A stretch of DNA of 54,549 nt from Clostridia bacterium (GCA_017550115.1 JAFYLR010000034.1:1-54549); one strand, 5' to 3'. Shown: positions 28,331 to 38,737, counted from the stretch's first letter. The notes: generated by a model not told the origin, from the sequence alone. Translations and numbers: made by a program.

Positions 28331-30244
28331 ATGTACGAAGAGAAAAACGATAATTGTTTTAATGAAAATAAAGCACAAGTCGCCATAATAGGAGCGGGCC
28401 ACGCAGGAATCGAGGCGGCTCTCGCTTGTGCCAGAACGGGAATAGATACTGTTCTTTTCACGATGAGCCTTGATGCTGTCGGAAATATGCCCTGCAACCC
28501 ATCTATAGGAGGCACGGGAAAAGGACATCTCGTTTATGAAATAGATGCGCTTGGCGGCGAGATGGGCAGAGCTGCGGATCTTGTAACTATGCAGAGTAGA
28601 ACTCTGAATTTGGGCAAGGGTGCCGCAGTGCATTCAAAGCGTATTCAGGCGGACAGAAGAAAATATCAGATGATAATGAAGAAAACGCTTGAAAAAACAG
28701 AAAATCTGCGTCTTATTCAAACCGAAATAACCGAGATAATAACCGAAAAAACGAATTCTGATAGTGGTACACAAAGAATAACGGGACTTGTTACAAGCCT
28801 TGGAGACGTCTGGAGAGTCGAGAAGGTCATAATTTGCTCGGGAACTTATCTTGACAGCCAAATTTTTGTCGGTAATAACGTATATGAATCAGGCCCTGAT
28901 GCCCTTTTGCCCTCAAGAGGACTTGCGGATTCGCTAAGAGCTCACGGAGTGAATCTTATGCGATTCAAGACCGGCACACCGGCTCGTATAAAAAGAAGCT
29001 CAATAGACTTTTCCTCCCTTGAGGTTCAGGCAGGAGAAGAGCCGATAACGCCTTATTCTTCAAGAACCGGGGAGGGTGAGCTTGATGAGCTTGAGCAGGT
29101 TCCGTGTCACATCGTTTATACAAATGGGGACACGCATAACATAATAAAAGAGAACATAAAAAGAAGTGCCATGTATTCGGGCAATATAACGGGAACAGGC
29201 CCGAGATATTGTCCGTCGATCGAGGATAAAATCGTCAGATTTGCTGATAAGGAAAGACACCAGCTCTTTGTCGAGCCTATGGGAGAGGACACGGAGGAGA
29301 TGTATCTGCAGGGGTTCTCAACCTCGATGCCGACAGATGTTCAGATGAAGATGATACATTCGCTTTGTGGCTTCGAGAGAGCACAGGTGATGCGTTATGC
29401 TTATGCTATAGAATACGACTGCGTTGACCCGCTTTCGCTTCATCCAACGCTTGAATTCAAAGAGATAGAGGGACTTTACGGTGCAGGACAGTTCAACGGA
29501 ACGTCAGGCTATGAGGAAGCAGCGGCACAGGGACTTGTCGCAGGACTTAATGCGTCCTTGGCTCTGCGAGGACGCGAGCCGCTTATATTGCAGAGATCGG
29601 GGTCTTATATCGGTACTCTTATAGACGATCTTGTTACAAAAGGTACGAACGAGCCTTATCGAATGATGACCTCGCGCTCCGAATATCGACTGCTGCTAAG
29701 GCAGGATAATGCAGACCTGCGACTGAGCAAAATAGGACACGAATGTGGTCTTTTGAGTGATGAAGAATATGATAAATTCCTTCGCAAAAAGAGTCTTATA
29801 GAGGAAGAAATAAAAAGACTTGAAAAAACGAATATTTCACCTGACCGCGCAAACAAATTGCTCGAGAGGATAGGAGAAACGGCAGTATCAAGCGGTGTTT
29901 CTCTTGCCGATCTTCTCCGCCGTCCCGCCGTGACTTATGAAGACCTCTCCGAGCTTGACAACAAGAGAGAAGATTTGCCGAGAGCCGTCAAGACGACCGT
30001 TCAGGTTTCGATAAAATACGAGGGGTATATAAAAAAGCAGATGGCAGAGGTGAGACGTCAAGCGTCGCTTGAAGAAAAGGTTCTGCCGACAGATATTGAT
30101 TATATGTCGCTCAAAGGACTTCGCATAGAGGCGGCACAGAAGCTGACGAAGATCCGACCGATGACAGTCGGACAAGCATCTCGAATAAGCGGAGTCAGCC
30201 CTGCGGATATTTCGGTTTTGTTAATCTATCTTGGAATAAAATAG
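28331..30244 (+). CDS. mnmG: tRNA uridine-5-carboxymethylaminomethyl synthesis enzyme MnmG (GidA)
   Basis: IGAGHAG, MPCNPSIGG, RFKTGTP, GPRYCPSIEDK and AGQFNGTSGYEEAA motifs. Confidence 0.98.
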   Translation: MYEEKNDNCFNENKAQVAIIGAGHAGIEAALACARTGIDTVLFTMSLDAVGNMPCNPSIGGTGKGHLVYEIDALGGEMGRAADLVTMQSRTLNLGKGAAVHSKRIQADRRKYQMIMKKTLEKTENLRLIQTEITEIITEKTNSDSGTQRITGLVTSLGDVWRVEKVIICSGTYLDSQIFVGNNVYESGPDALLPSRGLADSLRAHGVNLMRFKTGTPARIKRSSIDFSSLEVQAGEEPITPYSSRTGEGELDELEQVPCHIVYTNGDTHNIIKENIKRSAMYSGNITGTGPRYCPSIEDKIVRFADKERHQLFVEPMGEDTEEMYLQGFSTSMPTDVQMKMIHSLCGFERAQVMRYAYAIEYDCVDPLSLHPTLEFKEIEGLYGAGQFNGTSGYEEAAAQGLVAGLNASLALRGREPLILQRSGSYIGTLIDDLVTKGTNEPYRMMTSRSEYRLLLRQDNADLRLSKIGHECGLLSDEEYDKFLRKKSLIEEEIKRLEKTNISPDRANKLLERIGETAVSSGVSLADLLRRPAVTYEDLSELDNKREDLPRAVKTTVQVSIKYEGYIKKQMAEVRRQASLEEKVLPTDIDYMSLKGLRIEAAQKLTKIRPMTVGQASRISGVSPADISVLLIYLGIK

Positions 30245-30346
30245 GCCTTTTGTGGCATCGAATAAAATTATCCAAATCGCACAGCTATACGTTTTATATA
30301 ATTTTATTTGAAAAGATTTTTGAAAAAAATCGAGGTATATAATGTA

Positions 30347-31090
30347 ATGATAGAAAAATCAGAATTTTTTGCCAAAGTTGAGGAGATTTTCGCCAAAAAC
30401 GCACTTGAAGAGTATCTTACGGCAGAAATTTGTGAAAAATTTTACGCTCTTACAAACAAAATGCTCGAGACGAACGAAAAGATGAATATAACCGCAATAA
30501 AGGATATAGATTCTATAATTTCGCTTCATTATGCGGATTCACTGATTCTTTTGTCAGCAGGGATAGAAGAGGGGGCAAAGGTTCTTGACGTCGGATGTGG
30601 CGGCGGATTCCCTTCATTTCCAATCGCCATAGCGCGTCCCGATATAAATGTTGTCGGGATAGACAGCACTGCAAAGAAAGTAAATTACATAAACGAGACG
30701 GCAAAGGAGATCGGAATAGACAATCTCGAGGCTATTTCCGGTCGTGCGGAGGACTTTTGTGCAAAGGAAAACGCAAGGGAAAGCTTTGATATTGTATGTG
30801 CAAGGGCGGTTGCGGCTTTGCCGATATTGAGTGAGCTTTGTTTGCCGTTTGTGAAAAAGGACGGTAGGTTTATAGCTCTGAAATCAAGAACCGCCGAAGA
30901 GGAGATAGAGGCCTCAAGGGGCGGTATCAAAAAACTCGGCGGAAAAATAGAAAAGATAGAGAAGACAACCCTTTATATACCAAACTCCGAGGAAGCCGAG
31001 AGAAATCTCATAATCATAAGAAAAACAGATAAAACACCCCCTCAATACCCTCGAAATTACGCTCAGATAAAGAAAAAACCGCTTTCATAA
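30347..31090 (+). CDS. rsmG: 16S rRNA m7G527 methyltransferase RsmG (GidB)
   Basis: NITAI, HYADS, DVGCGGGFP, ARAVA and TPPQYPR motifs; follows mnmG; start estimated. Confidence 0.95.
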   Translation: MIEKSEFFAKVEEIFAKNALEEYLTAEICEKFYALTNKMLETNEKMNITAIKDIDSIISLHYADSLILLSAGIEEGAKVLDVGCGGGFPSFPIAIARPDINVVGIDSTAKKVNYINETAKEIGIDNLEAISGRAEDFCAKENARESFDIVCARAVAALPILSELCLPFVKKDGRFIALKSRTAEEEIEASRGGIKKLGGKIEKIEKTTLYIPNSEEAERNLIIIRKTDKTPPQYPRNYAQIKKKPLS

Positions 31091-31100
31091 GCGGTTTTTT
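31073..31100. terminator. Bidirectional terminator between rsmG and noc
   Basis: AAAAAACCGCTT-TCAT-AAGCGGTTTTTT. Confidence 0.8.
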
Positions 31101-31116
31101 TCTTTGCTTTTGCGAA

Positions 31117-31132
31117 TGTTTCACATGAAACA
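31117..31132. promoter_or_regulatory. parS site
   Basis: TGTTTCACATGAAACA, 15/16 match to consensus. Confidence 0.88.
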
Positions 31133-31149
31133 TCAAGGGTGACGGGCGA

Positions 31150-31165
31150 AGTTTCACGTGAAACC
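31150..31165. promoter_or_regulatory. parS site
   Basis: AGTTTCACGTGAAACC, with a perfect 14-bp palindromic core GTTTCACGTGAAAC. Confidence 0.88.
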
Positions 31166-32286
31166 TATACGGCTTTTCTCGGATGAGGGATTTTTATTTC
31201 TATTGTAACACCCGTATCGTCCTCGTGCTTCTTTGAAAATATCTCAACCCCCGCACTTTTGACAATATCAAGCGCACGGTCAAGGCTGTTGTAGAAAAGC
31301 CGTATGTCCTTGATAATAGGTATTTTTCGGCTTGTTTTCGTCGCTTCGCAAAGCTCCGCTTCTGCGGCGGCAACAAGCTTTTCTATATAATTTTCAGTCG
31401 AGTGTACGTTCATATGTGCTTTTGTTATAACCCTGATAGCTGAAAGTCTGTCGGCGGGAGAGAAAAGTTTTAAGAGAGCACGTGCGTGTCTTTCGGTCAG
31501 GTGGTTTTCGAGGATCGCTTTTTCTTCTTCCTTTGTAAATCTGAGAAGACGCAACTTGTTTGCGACGGCAGATTGGCTCATCGAAAGACGCTTTGCGACC
31601 TCTTCCTGCGTAAGCTTGAATGTTTCGATAAGCTTTTTCATAGCACGTGCAGTCTCGAAAATATTGAGATCCTCTCGCAAAAGATTTTCTATCAGGGCAA
31701 GTTCCGCCGATTTTTTGTCGTCCGCACTTATAATAATACAAGGAACGCTTTTCATTCCGAGCATTTTTGCCGCACGAAAGCGCCTTTCGCCCGCAACTAT
31801 CTCAAATTTTGAGGGCAAAGCTTCAATCGGTTCCAGGTCTTCGTCGTAGGCGTCAGAACCGAGAATCTTCGCCACCTCATAGGTAACCAAACGAACAGTC
31901 AAGGGTTGCAGGATCCCGTAACGTCTGATCGAATCGGCAAGACGGATGGTCGAGTTTGATTCAAAGAATTCGCGAGGCTGAGAACGGTTGGGCAGAATTG
32001 CCGAGATATCAATATTTATGACCTGTGCTCCGTCGAGAGACAGCTTGTCCTGTGCTTTTCTGCGATTTATCTCTTTGCGAGAGAGAGAACGCACGTCAGG
32101 CCGCCATTCTTCGAGCTTTTTCGGGATCGGACGATGCTCAATTACGCTCTCAAAAGCGTCCTTGTCCGGCGGCACAGTTTCGCCCGCTGCCATATTTTCT
32201 TCTATTTCCTTCAGCACATCTAACATTCCCTCAACATTTCCTATTTCATTTTTTCTTGTTATAACGTTTGTGTGATTTTCCGTCAT
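31165..32286 (-). CDS. noc: Nucleoid occlusion protein Noc (ParB paralog), inverted orientation, extended N-terminus
   Basis: PNRSQPR and AGERRFRA CTPase motifs; HTH SQSAVANKLRLL and LTERHARALL with Noc-type Q/K/R residues; KDIRLFYNSL C-terminus; GAAAGGA RBS at the 32286 start. Confidence 0.85.
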   Translation of the reverse strand: MTENHTNVITRKNEIGNVEGMLDVLKEIEENMAAGETVPPDKDAFESVIEHRPIPKKLEEWRPDVRSLSRKEINRRKAQDKLSLDGAQVINIDISAILPNRSQPREFFESNSTIRLADSIRRYGILQPLTVRLVTYEVAKILGSDAYDEDLEPIEALPSKFEIVAGERRFRAAKMLGMKSVPCIIISADDKKSAELALIENLLREDLNIFETARAMKKLIETFKLTQEEVAKRLSMSQSAVANKLRLLRFTKEEEKAILENHLTERHARALLKLFSPADRLSAIRVITKAHMNVHSTENYIEKLVAAAEAELCEATKTSRKIPIIKDIRLFYNSLDRALDIVKSAGVEIFSKKHEDDTGVTIEIKIPHPRKAV

Positions 32287-32566
32287 TTTGAAACACTTCC
32301 TTTCTTTTTCTGTGAGGTCATTTTACCATAAGAATACTGCTGATATGCTCGTTTTTTGGAGTGTGATTTTATGTTACTTTGTGGTAAAAGAGCATCTTAA
32401 ATGTTCGGCTTTGTTGGGTAATAACGATTTTTCAGCATATCGGGGAGATTTTTTGAGCCGTATTTGTTTTTTTGAGCCGAGTTTTGAGGTGCGATTTTTA
32501 TTTTTCGCCTAAAATTTTTTGCTTTTATAAAGATTTGAATAAATATTTAATAATTAGAAATTAACA

Positions 32567-32595
32567 TTGAAAAAAAGGAAAATAGGTGTTATAAT
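32567..32595 (+). promoter_or_regulatory. sigma-A promoter of parAB-serS
   Basis: TTGAAA-17 bp-TATAAT, TG-extended. Confidence 0.75.
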
Positions 32596-32644
32596 ATAAG
32601 GTAACCGATGAAAAAATATACTTATTTATATAATGAGGAAAATA

Positions 32645-33406
32645 ATGGGAAAAATAATAACCTTTGCGAACCAAAAAGGCGGGGTTGGTAAAACCACCTC
32701 GGCGGTAAACGTGGCGGCGTCTTTGGGGATTCTTGGGAAAAAGGTGCTGATCGCAGACCTTGACCCGCAGGGAAATTCGACAAGCGGCGTTGGAATTGCA
32801 AAAAAATCACTCAAAAATACCACAGCAGAGATACTGATGGGTAATATAAAAGCTACAGACGCCATTATAAAGACGAAATTTGAAAATCTTTCGATAATTC
32901 CCGCAAACATAAGCCTCGCGGGGAGTGAGCTTGACCTTTTTTCGATCGAGCATGGTGAGAGGTGTCTCAAAAACGCACTTGATGAGGTAAAGGAAGAATA
33001 TGATTATATAATCATCGACTGTCCGCCCTCGCTCGGTATGCTGACTCTCAACTCGCTTGTTGCAAGTGACGGAGTGATTGTGCCTATGCAGTGCGAATTT
33101 TACGCGCTTGAGGGCCTTTCGCAGCTGATGATAACGATAGGAAAGATAAAGCAGCAGTATAATCCGTCGCTGTTCGTTTGCGGAATACTTGTTACGATGT
33201 ATAACGGAAGATTGGTTCTTTCGATGCAGGTAATAAGTGAGCTTAAAAAGCATTATTCGGACAAGCTCTTTAAGACCACGGTTTCAAGAAACGTTCGTCT
33301 TTCAGAGGCTCCGGGCTTTGGTATGCCGGTATATTACCACGATAAGCATTCAAAGGGCAGTGCCGAATATCTTGAGGTTGCAAGAGAACTCATAGAGAGA
33401 ATTTGA
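32645..33406 (+). CDS. soj: Chromosome partitioning ATPase Soj/ParA
   Basis: NQKGGVGKTT, DLDPQGN, DCPPSLG, QCEFYALEG and RNVRLSEAP motifs. Confidence 0.97.
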   Translation: MGKIITFANQKGGVGKTTSAVNVAASLGILGKKVLIADLDPQGNSTSGVGIAKKSLKNTTAEILMGNIKATDAIIKTKFENLSIIPANISLAGSELDLFSIEHGERCLKNALDEVKEEYDYIIIDCPPSLGMLTLNSLVASDGVIVPMQCEFYALEGLSQLMITIGKIKQQYNPSLFVCGILVTMYNGRLVLSMQVISELKKHYSDKLFKTTVSRNVRLSEAPGFGMPVYYHDKHSKGSAEYLEVARELIERI

Positions 33407-33449
33407 TTAAAATACATATAGTAATAGTTAGAAAAACGGAGATATAAGA

Positions 33450-34346
33450 ATGGCAAAACAAACAGGACTTGGGAGAGATTTTTTCGCTATCCTTGAGGAT
33501 AATCTGCCAGAGAACAAAAGAGGGACAACGTCAACGCTTCGGATTTCCGAAATAGAGCCGAGAAAAAATCAGCCGAGAAAGACATTTGAAGAGGAATCGC
33601 TGAGGCAGCTGTCCGAGTCGATCGCAGTACACGGAGTTCTTCAGCCGATAATCGTCAGAGAAAGCTCGATCGGTGGGCTTTACGAGATAATTGCGGGCGA
33701 GAGACGTTGGAGAGCGTCGAAAATGGCGGGACTTTCCGAAATTCCCGTAGTAATTTTTGACGGAGATGATCTTAAAGCCGCACAGGTGGCAATAATAGAA
33801 AACGTACAGAGACAGGATCTCAATCCTCTTGAGGAGGCGCTCGGATACCGTGATCTCATAGAACGCTTCGGGCTTACGCAGGAGCAGGTGGCGGATCAGG
33901 TCGGAAAAAGCCGTCCGACGATAACGAATATGATGCGTTTGCTGGAGCTTCCGGACGAGGTTCTTGAGATGATAAAGGAGAAAAAGCTCAGCTCAGGTCA
34001 CGCAAGAGCACTTCTGGGGCTTAAAAAGGAAGAAAACATTCTTCCTCTTGCGAACAAGGCCTATATGAGAGGACTGTCGGTAAGAGAGGTCGAGGCGGCA
34101 GTTAAGAGGCTCAATTCCGGAAACGGAAGACAGGCTCGTTTTGAGGGGGCAAGAGACGATCAGGTTGGCGTTTACCTAAAAGAGCTTGAGAGAAGGAGTA
34201 TGTCCTTGCTTGGCAGAAAGGTACGTATAAACAACGACCCGAAAAAGAAAACGCTTGAACTTGCATATACCGACAGCGAAGATCTGGCAGAGATCTTAAA
34301 GAAGCTCTGCGGAGACGAGCTTTTTGAGAACGACAATATTTTTTAA
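33450..34346 (+). CDS. spo0J: Chromosome partitioning protein Spo0J/ParB
   Basis: GLGR N-terminus, NQPRK, AGERRWRA, ENVQRQDL, SRPTITN and SGHARALL (ParB-type R/G residues). Confidence 0.96.
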   Translation: MAKQTGLGRDFFAILEDNLPENKRGTTSTLRISEIEPRKNQPRKTFEEESLRQLSESIAVHGVLQPIIVRESSIGGLYEIIAGERRWRASKMAGLSEIPVVIFDGDDLKAAQVAIIENVQRQDLNPLEEALGYRDLIERFGLTQEQVADQVGKSRPTITNMMRLLELPDEVLEMIKEKKLSSGHARALLGLKKEENILPLANKAYMRGLSVREVEAAVKRLNSGNGRQARFEGARDDQVGVYLKELERRSMSLLGRKVRINNDPKKKTLELAYTDSEDLAEILKKLCGDELFENDNIF

Positions 34347-34386
34347 CACTTAAAATTTTATCATAAAATATCGAGAGGGAAAAACT

Positions 34387-35673
34387 ATGCTTGACATAAG
34401 ATTTATCAAAGAAAATACGGAATACGTAAAGGAAAGACTTAAAACAAGACAGAAGGATTACAGTGCCGAGATAGACGAGCTTGTTACGCTTGACGGAGAG
34501 CGTAGAGCTTTGATCGCAGATACAGAAGCGAAGAAGGCTGAGCAGAACAAGATATCAAAGAGCGTTCCTCAGCTCAAAAAAGAGGGCAAGGACGTTGCTC
34601 CCATATTTGCTGAGATGAAGAAGCTTTCCGAGATTGTTAAGGCTGATACCGACAGAATCGATGCGATCGATGCACGTATGCGCGATCTTCTTTTGTCAAT
34701 TCCCAATCTCCCGAATGCGAGTGTACAGACGGGCGCTGATGACAGCGACAATATAGAGATCCGTCGTGTAGGCGAGGTTCGCAGCTTTGATTTTGAGCCG
34801 AAGCCACATTGGGATCTCGGTAAAGAGCTTGGAATTCTTGATCCCGAGACTGCGGCAAAGGTTTCAGGCCCCCGTTTCCATTTCTACAGAGGCCTTGGAG
34901 CTAAGCTTGAGCGTTCGGTAATTTCCTATTATCTTGATACTCATACCGAGCATGGTTACACGGAAATATTGCCGCCTTATATGGTAAACAGAGATTCGAT
35001 GCGTGGCACAGGTCAGCTTCCGAAGTTTGAGGAGGACGCTTTCAGAGTTGCAAACAACGACTGCTTCCTTATTCCGACGGCTGAGGTGCCTGTAACAAAT
35101 ATGCACCGTGACGAAATACTTGATGCGGCAGATCTTCCGATCTCATATTGTGCATACTCCGCTTGCTTCAGAGCTGAAGCGGGCAGTGCGGGCAGAGATA
35201 CGAGAGGACTTATTCGTCAGCATCAGTTCAATAAGGTAGAGCTTGTTAAGTTCACAACGCCCGAAACTTCATATGAAGAGCTTGAAAAGCTCACAAACGA
35301 TGCAGAAAGAGTTCTCGCAGGACTTGGTTTGCCTTATCGTGTTGTTTGTCTCTCTACGGGAGACCTTGGATTCTCAAGTGCAAAGACTTATGATATAGAG
35401 GTTTATATGCCCTCGTATGACAGATACGTTGAGATAAGCTCCTGCTCTGATTTTGAGGACTATCAGGCACGTCGTGCCAATATCAAATACAGACCGGCTC
35501 CGGGCGAGAAGCCGAGACTCGTGCATACTCTTAACGGCTCAGGCGTAGCGGTTGGACGTACGGTTGCGGCAATACTTGAAAACTATCAGAATGCCGACGG
35601 CTCGGTAACTGTTCCCGAGGCTCTGCGTCGCTATATGGGTGTTGACGTTATCCCCGCAAAAGAATTAAAATAA
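34387..35673 (+). CDS. serS: Serine--tRNA ligase
   Basis: [41 protein letters not shown] and HTLNGSG motifs. Confidence 0.98.
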   Translation: MLDIRFIKENTEYVKERLKTRQKDYSAEIDELVTLDGERRALIADTEAKKAEQNKISKSVPQLKKEGKDVAPIFAEMKKLSEIVKADTDRIDAIDARMRDLLLSIPNLPNASVQTGADDSDNIEIRRVGEVRSFDFEPKPHWDLGKELGILDPETAAKVSGPRFHFYRGLGAKLERSVISYYLDTHTEHGYTEILPPYMVNRDSMRGTGQLPKFEEDAFRVANNDCFLIPTAEVPVTNMHRDEILDAADLPISYCAYSACFRAEAGSAGRDTRGLIRQHQFNKVELVKFTTPETSYEELEKLTNDAERVLAGLGLPYRVVCLSTGDLGFSSAKTYDIEVYMPSYDRYVEISSCSDFEDYQARRANIKYRPAPGEKPRLVHTLNGSGVAVGRTVAAILENYQNADGSVTVPEALRRYMGVDVIPAKELK

Positions 35674-35716
35674 TCATTGACAAGACAAAACAAACGGAAA
35701 GGAAAGGAGATATCAG

Positions 35717-36388
35717 ATGAAAAACCATCTTATAAACCTCATCGTCGAAGCGAATGTTGAAAACACGTTTGGTGAGGCGGTAAAGCGATTTTTTATGCAG
35801 CTGCTTTATGGCGATGAGGCTGTAAAATATAAGGATTTCTCCTTTGCAAATCCGCTTGTTACATACAGAATACTGATATTAGCTATAGGTATAGGATTTA
35901 TCATTTCGTCGTGCGTGATGTTTTATAAACGCCATGTTCTCGGAGAGCTGATAAGGGCGCTTTTGCGAGAGGGGGCGGACGCACCCGAGAGTGCGAAGAC
36001 CTTGAGTGAGCTTGGTTTGGAGACGGTAAGCCCCACAAAGATGCGATTAATCACAGCTTCTCTTCGTTCTGGAACGCTCAGAAGAATGGTATGTTGCGTC
36101 GAGAGGGACGAACACGACGAAAAAATGAGAGCCTTGATCGACGAAGTCGATAAGAAAGGCTCAAAGGGTAAAGCAAAGAAGGTTAAAATGACCGAGTATG
36201 TTCCTCAGCCGACAAAGGACAGATATTATCTGCAAAAGGACAAGGCGGAGAAGCTGGAAAAACTGTTCTCGGTAAAGGGAAGCGGGGCGAAGGAGCTTAT
36301 TCTTTCTATCGTTTTCTGTGTTGTAGCAGTAGCGCTCCTTCTTACGATCGTGCCGCATTTTCTTGAAATGTGGAAAGGTGCGCTCTGA
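35717..36388 (+). CDS. Hypothetical membrane protein
   Basis: 223 aa, two TM segments flanking a basic soluble domain; AAGGAG RBS. Confidence 0.75.
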   Translation: MKNHLINLIVEANVENTFGEAVKRFFMQLLYGDEAVKYKDFSFANPLVTYRILILAIGIGFIISSCVMFYKRHVLGELIRALLREGADAPESAKTLSELGLETVSPTKMRLITASLRSGTLRRMVCCVERDEHDEKMRALIDEVDKKGSKGKAKKVKMTEYVPQPTKDRYYLQKDKAEKLEKLFSVKGSGAKELILSIVFCVVAVALLLTIVPHFLEMWKGAL

Positions 36389-36445
36389 TACTTTGTATAA
36401 GTGGTCGGCACAACTATGAAATTAATGCAAACGGAGGAAGTTTTT

Positions 36446-37303
36446 ATGAACTATGAAGGGCAGACAAGACAAGGGGTCAGACGTAAGCCCCAGCGTCGCA
36501 AAAATGCGCTGTCAACGATAGTTACTATATTCATAATTGCCGTTGTTTGTACGGCGGTAATAATCGGAGCTCTTTATGTAAGCGGTATAAGACTGATAAG
36601 CCAAACGACAGAGAGTGGAGAGACTATCAAATTTTTCGGCAAAACGGTCGATGGCAAGCCTTATTCGGGAACTATCTATTATCCCGGTGGACTTACGGCA
36701 AAATTAAGCCTTGCAGAGAACACGCTGACCTATTCAGACGGCTCTGTTTATACAGGAAAAATAGAAATTCTTCTCCGCGACGGAGACGGCGAGATGAAGT
36801 ATAGCAACGGAGACGTCTATACGGGAACGTTTTTTGGCGACGAAATAACGGGAAGCGGTAAATTCGTATTTGCGAACGGAGATGTTTACGAGGGTGAGCT
36901 TGAGGGCGGCTTGAAATCGGGTTATGGTACGTATACATGGGCAGAAGGCTCATATTATACCGGACTTTTCAAGGACGATCAGCGAAACGGAGCAGGTTTT
37001 TCTCTCTGGGTGGACGGCTCAAGCTATGACGGTACGTACGTTGACGGAGTTAAAAGCGGAAGCGGAACCTTTAAGTTCGCAAACGGTGATATTTACACAG
37101 GCGAATACGTAAATGATATGCGCTCGGGCAAAGGAACGTATGTCTGGGCGAATGGAGAGACCTATACGGGTGAGTTCAAGGACAACACCTTAAACGGTGA
37201 GGGAACTTACACTTGGGCGTCGGGAAGAACATATACAGGTGTTTTTGAGAATGGTAAAATGGTTGCGACCGATGGCGAGGACATCGCGGAACCTCAAAAT
37301 TAA
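36446..37303 (+). CDS. Membrane-anchored MORN-repeat protein
   Basis: Basic N-terminus plus TM helix; seven full 23-aa YxGx(8)GxG repeats plus a partial one; ATG 36446 behind GGAGG. Confidence 0.88.
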   Translation: MNYEGQTRQGVRRKPQRRKNALSTIVTIFIIAVVCTAVIIGALYVSGIRLISQTTESGETIKFFGKTVDGKPYSGTIYYPGGLTAKLSLAENTLTYSDGSVYTGKIEILLRDGDGEMKYSNGDVYTGTFFGDEITGSGKFVFANGDVYEGELEGGLKSGYGTYTWAEGSYYTGLFKDDQRNGAGFSLWVDGSSYDGTYVDGVKSGSGTFKFANGDIYTGEYVNDMRSGKGTYVWANGETYTGEFKDNTLNGEGTYTWASGRTYTGVFENGKMVATDGEDIAEPQN

Positions 37304-37310
37304 GAAAATA

Positions 37311-37350
37311 AAAGAACAGCTATCGGGATTTTGCCCGATAGCTGTTCTTT
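37311..37350. terminator. Bidirectional terminator
   Basis: 17-bp perfect stem AAAGAACAGCTATCGGG/CCCGATAGCTGTTCTTT between convergent genes. Confidence 0.88.
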
Positions 37351-37364
37351 GTTTAATATTAAAA

Positions 37365-38684
37365 TTATTTACGTGCCTCATACGGCGTATCGTACGCCGT
37401 GCGTCCCGTTACATAGCAATCAACGTAATAAGCGGAGCGTCTCATAATAAGTCTCAAAATCTCATCGTAGTTTTGATAAAATGCACTAAGATTGAGATTT
37501 TCGAGTCCTAAAGAAACCATAAAATCGGAGAGAGAGGAAAGATAAGCTTCGTCTTCATCGAACATAAAGAGGATTTCGGGAAGCGAAACCTCGTGAACGT
37601 TCGTAAAGAAATCGCCCATTTCCTTATCTGCTATTATGCGTTCCTTAAGGGACGCTATAGCTCTGTCATAAGCGATGGCTTTTTCCATCGCTTCATTTTT
37701 TGTGCGGTAATAAGCGTCGGCGGCTTCTGCATCGTCGCTGTATATGAGGTCTATGTTAAGATCGCCGAGCGTACCGCCGAAGCTATTGTAAATTTCAATA
37801 ACCGCTTCCTTTGAATAGCCAAAGTCGATAAGGAATGCTTTGATATTAACGCCCGACATAGTACATTCGGTGTCATTTTCTGCCGAGGACGCGTCCTCTT
37901 TCCACTTATCTATCTCACTTTCACCGTGTGCCGCATAAAAATATTCGGGGATAGTGTGGTAGGCGTCTGTATGTACAGGACAAATAGAGGAAATGCTTTC
38001 CTTTTCAATCTTAAAGCCAAGAGAGATCAGCTTGTTTTTCATATTATCCGTAAGCGAGGGGGATTTCAAGAGTTTGTTTTCGCCGTAATAGGAGATGGCA
38101 CGGTTGACGGTCTCCTTTATCTCGTCATCATTTACACCGTAAGAGCCCGCATCGCCCTCAAGGAGCATACGCAGAGTGAAAACTCTGCCGTCTTTAGCGA
38201 GAGCCGACGGGTGAACACATACTTTCATAATTTCAGAGACATCGCCGCTTCCAAGAGCCGATAGTTGCTTATCAGAAGGCTTTTCGGTGTTTGCTCCTGA
38301 AGCATATGCTGCTTCAAAATATGCGGAGATATCGTCGTTGCTAACGTCAAGCTTATCTATGAGGTAATATATAGCGGGAACTCTTGCAGAAAAGGTATCG
38401 ATGTTGTCAATAGAGAAAGAGGCCTCGTATTCATTGATCAGTGCGAATACCGAGTCATTTACGGTAAACGTATCCGCAATATAGCATATATCGTCAAAGA
38501 TGAATTGATATTGCTCATCAAACATTCCGTATATTTCGCCGACCTCTCGTTTTGTATTCTCGGTTTCGGTTTGAGGAGCGTCCGTATCCTGCGAATCGGT
38601 ATCTACACCCTTGCCCTTGCCCGAGCAGGAGATAAGCGAAACTAAGAGAAGAAAGCAAAGAAGAGAAAACAAAAATCTTTTCAT
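37365..38684 (-). CDS. Hypothetical acidic lipoprotein
   Basis: MKR + hydrophobic stretch + LISC lipobox, D/T-rich linker, 439 aa. Confidence 0.8.
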   Translation of the reverse strand: MKRFLFSLLCFLLLVSLISCSGKGKGVDTDSQDTDAPQTETENTKREVGEIYGMFDEQYQFIFDDICYIADTFTVNDSVFALINEYEASFSIDNIDTFSARVPAIYYLIDKLDVSNDDISAYFEAAYASGANTEKPSDKQLSALGSGDVSEIMKVCVHPSALAKDGRVFTLRMLLEGDAGSYGVNDDEIKETVNRAISYYGENKLLKSPSLTDNMKNKLISLGFKIEKESISSICPVHTDAYHTIPEYFYAAHGESEIDKWKEDASSAENDTECTMSGVNIKAFLIDFGYSKEAVIEIYNSFGGTLGDLNIDLIYSDDAEAADAYYRTKNEAMEKAIAYDRAIASLKERIIADKEMGDFFTNVHEVSLPEILFMFDEDEAYLSSLSDFMVSLGLENLNLSAFYQNYDEILRLIMRRSAYYVDCYVTGRTAYDTPYEARK

Positions 38685-38737
38685 AAATAAACTCCGTTAA
38701 AATTCATTTTGTTGGTTTGGTTGATAAAAGAGCACTT

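Noticed and set aside
36747-37260. 69-bp periodicity in the MORN gene as a DNA repeat array
   Set aside because: The periodicity reflects 23-aa protein repeats with divergent codons, not a mobile or CRISPR-like array.
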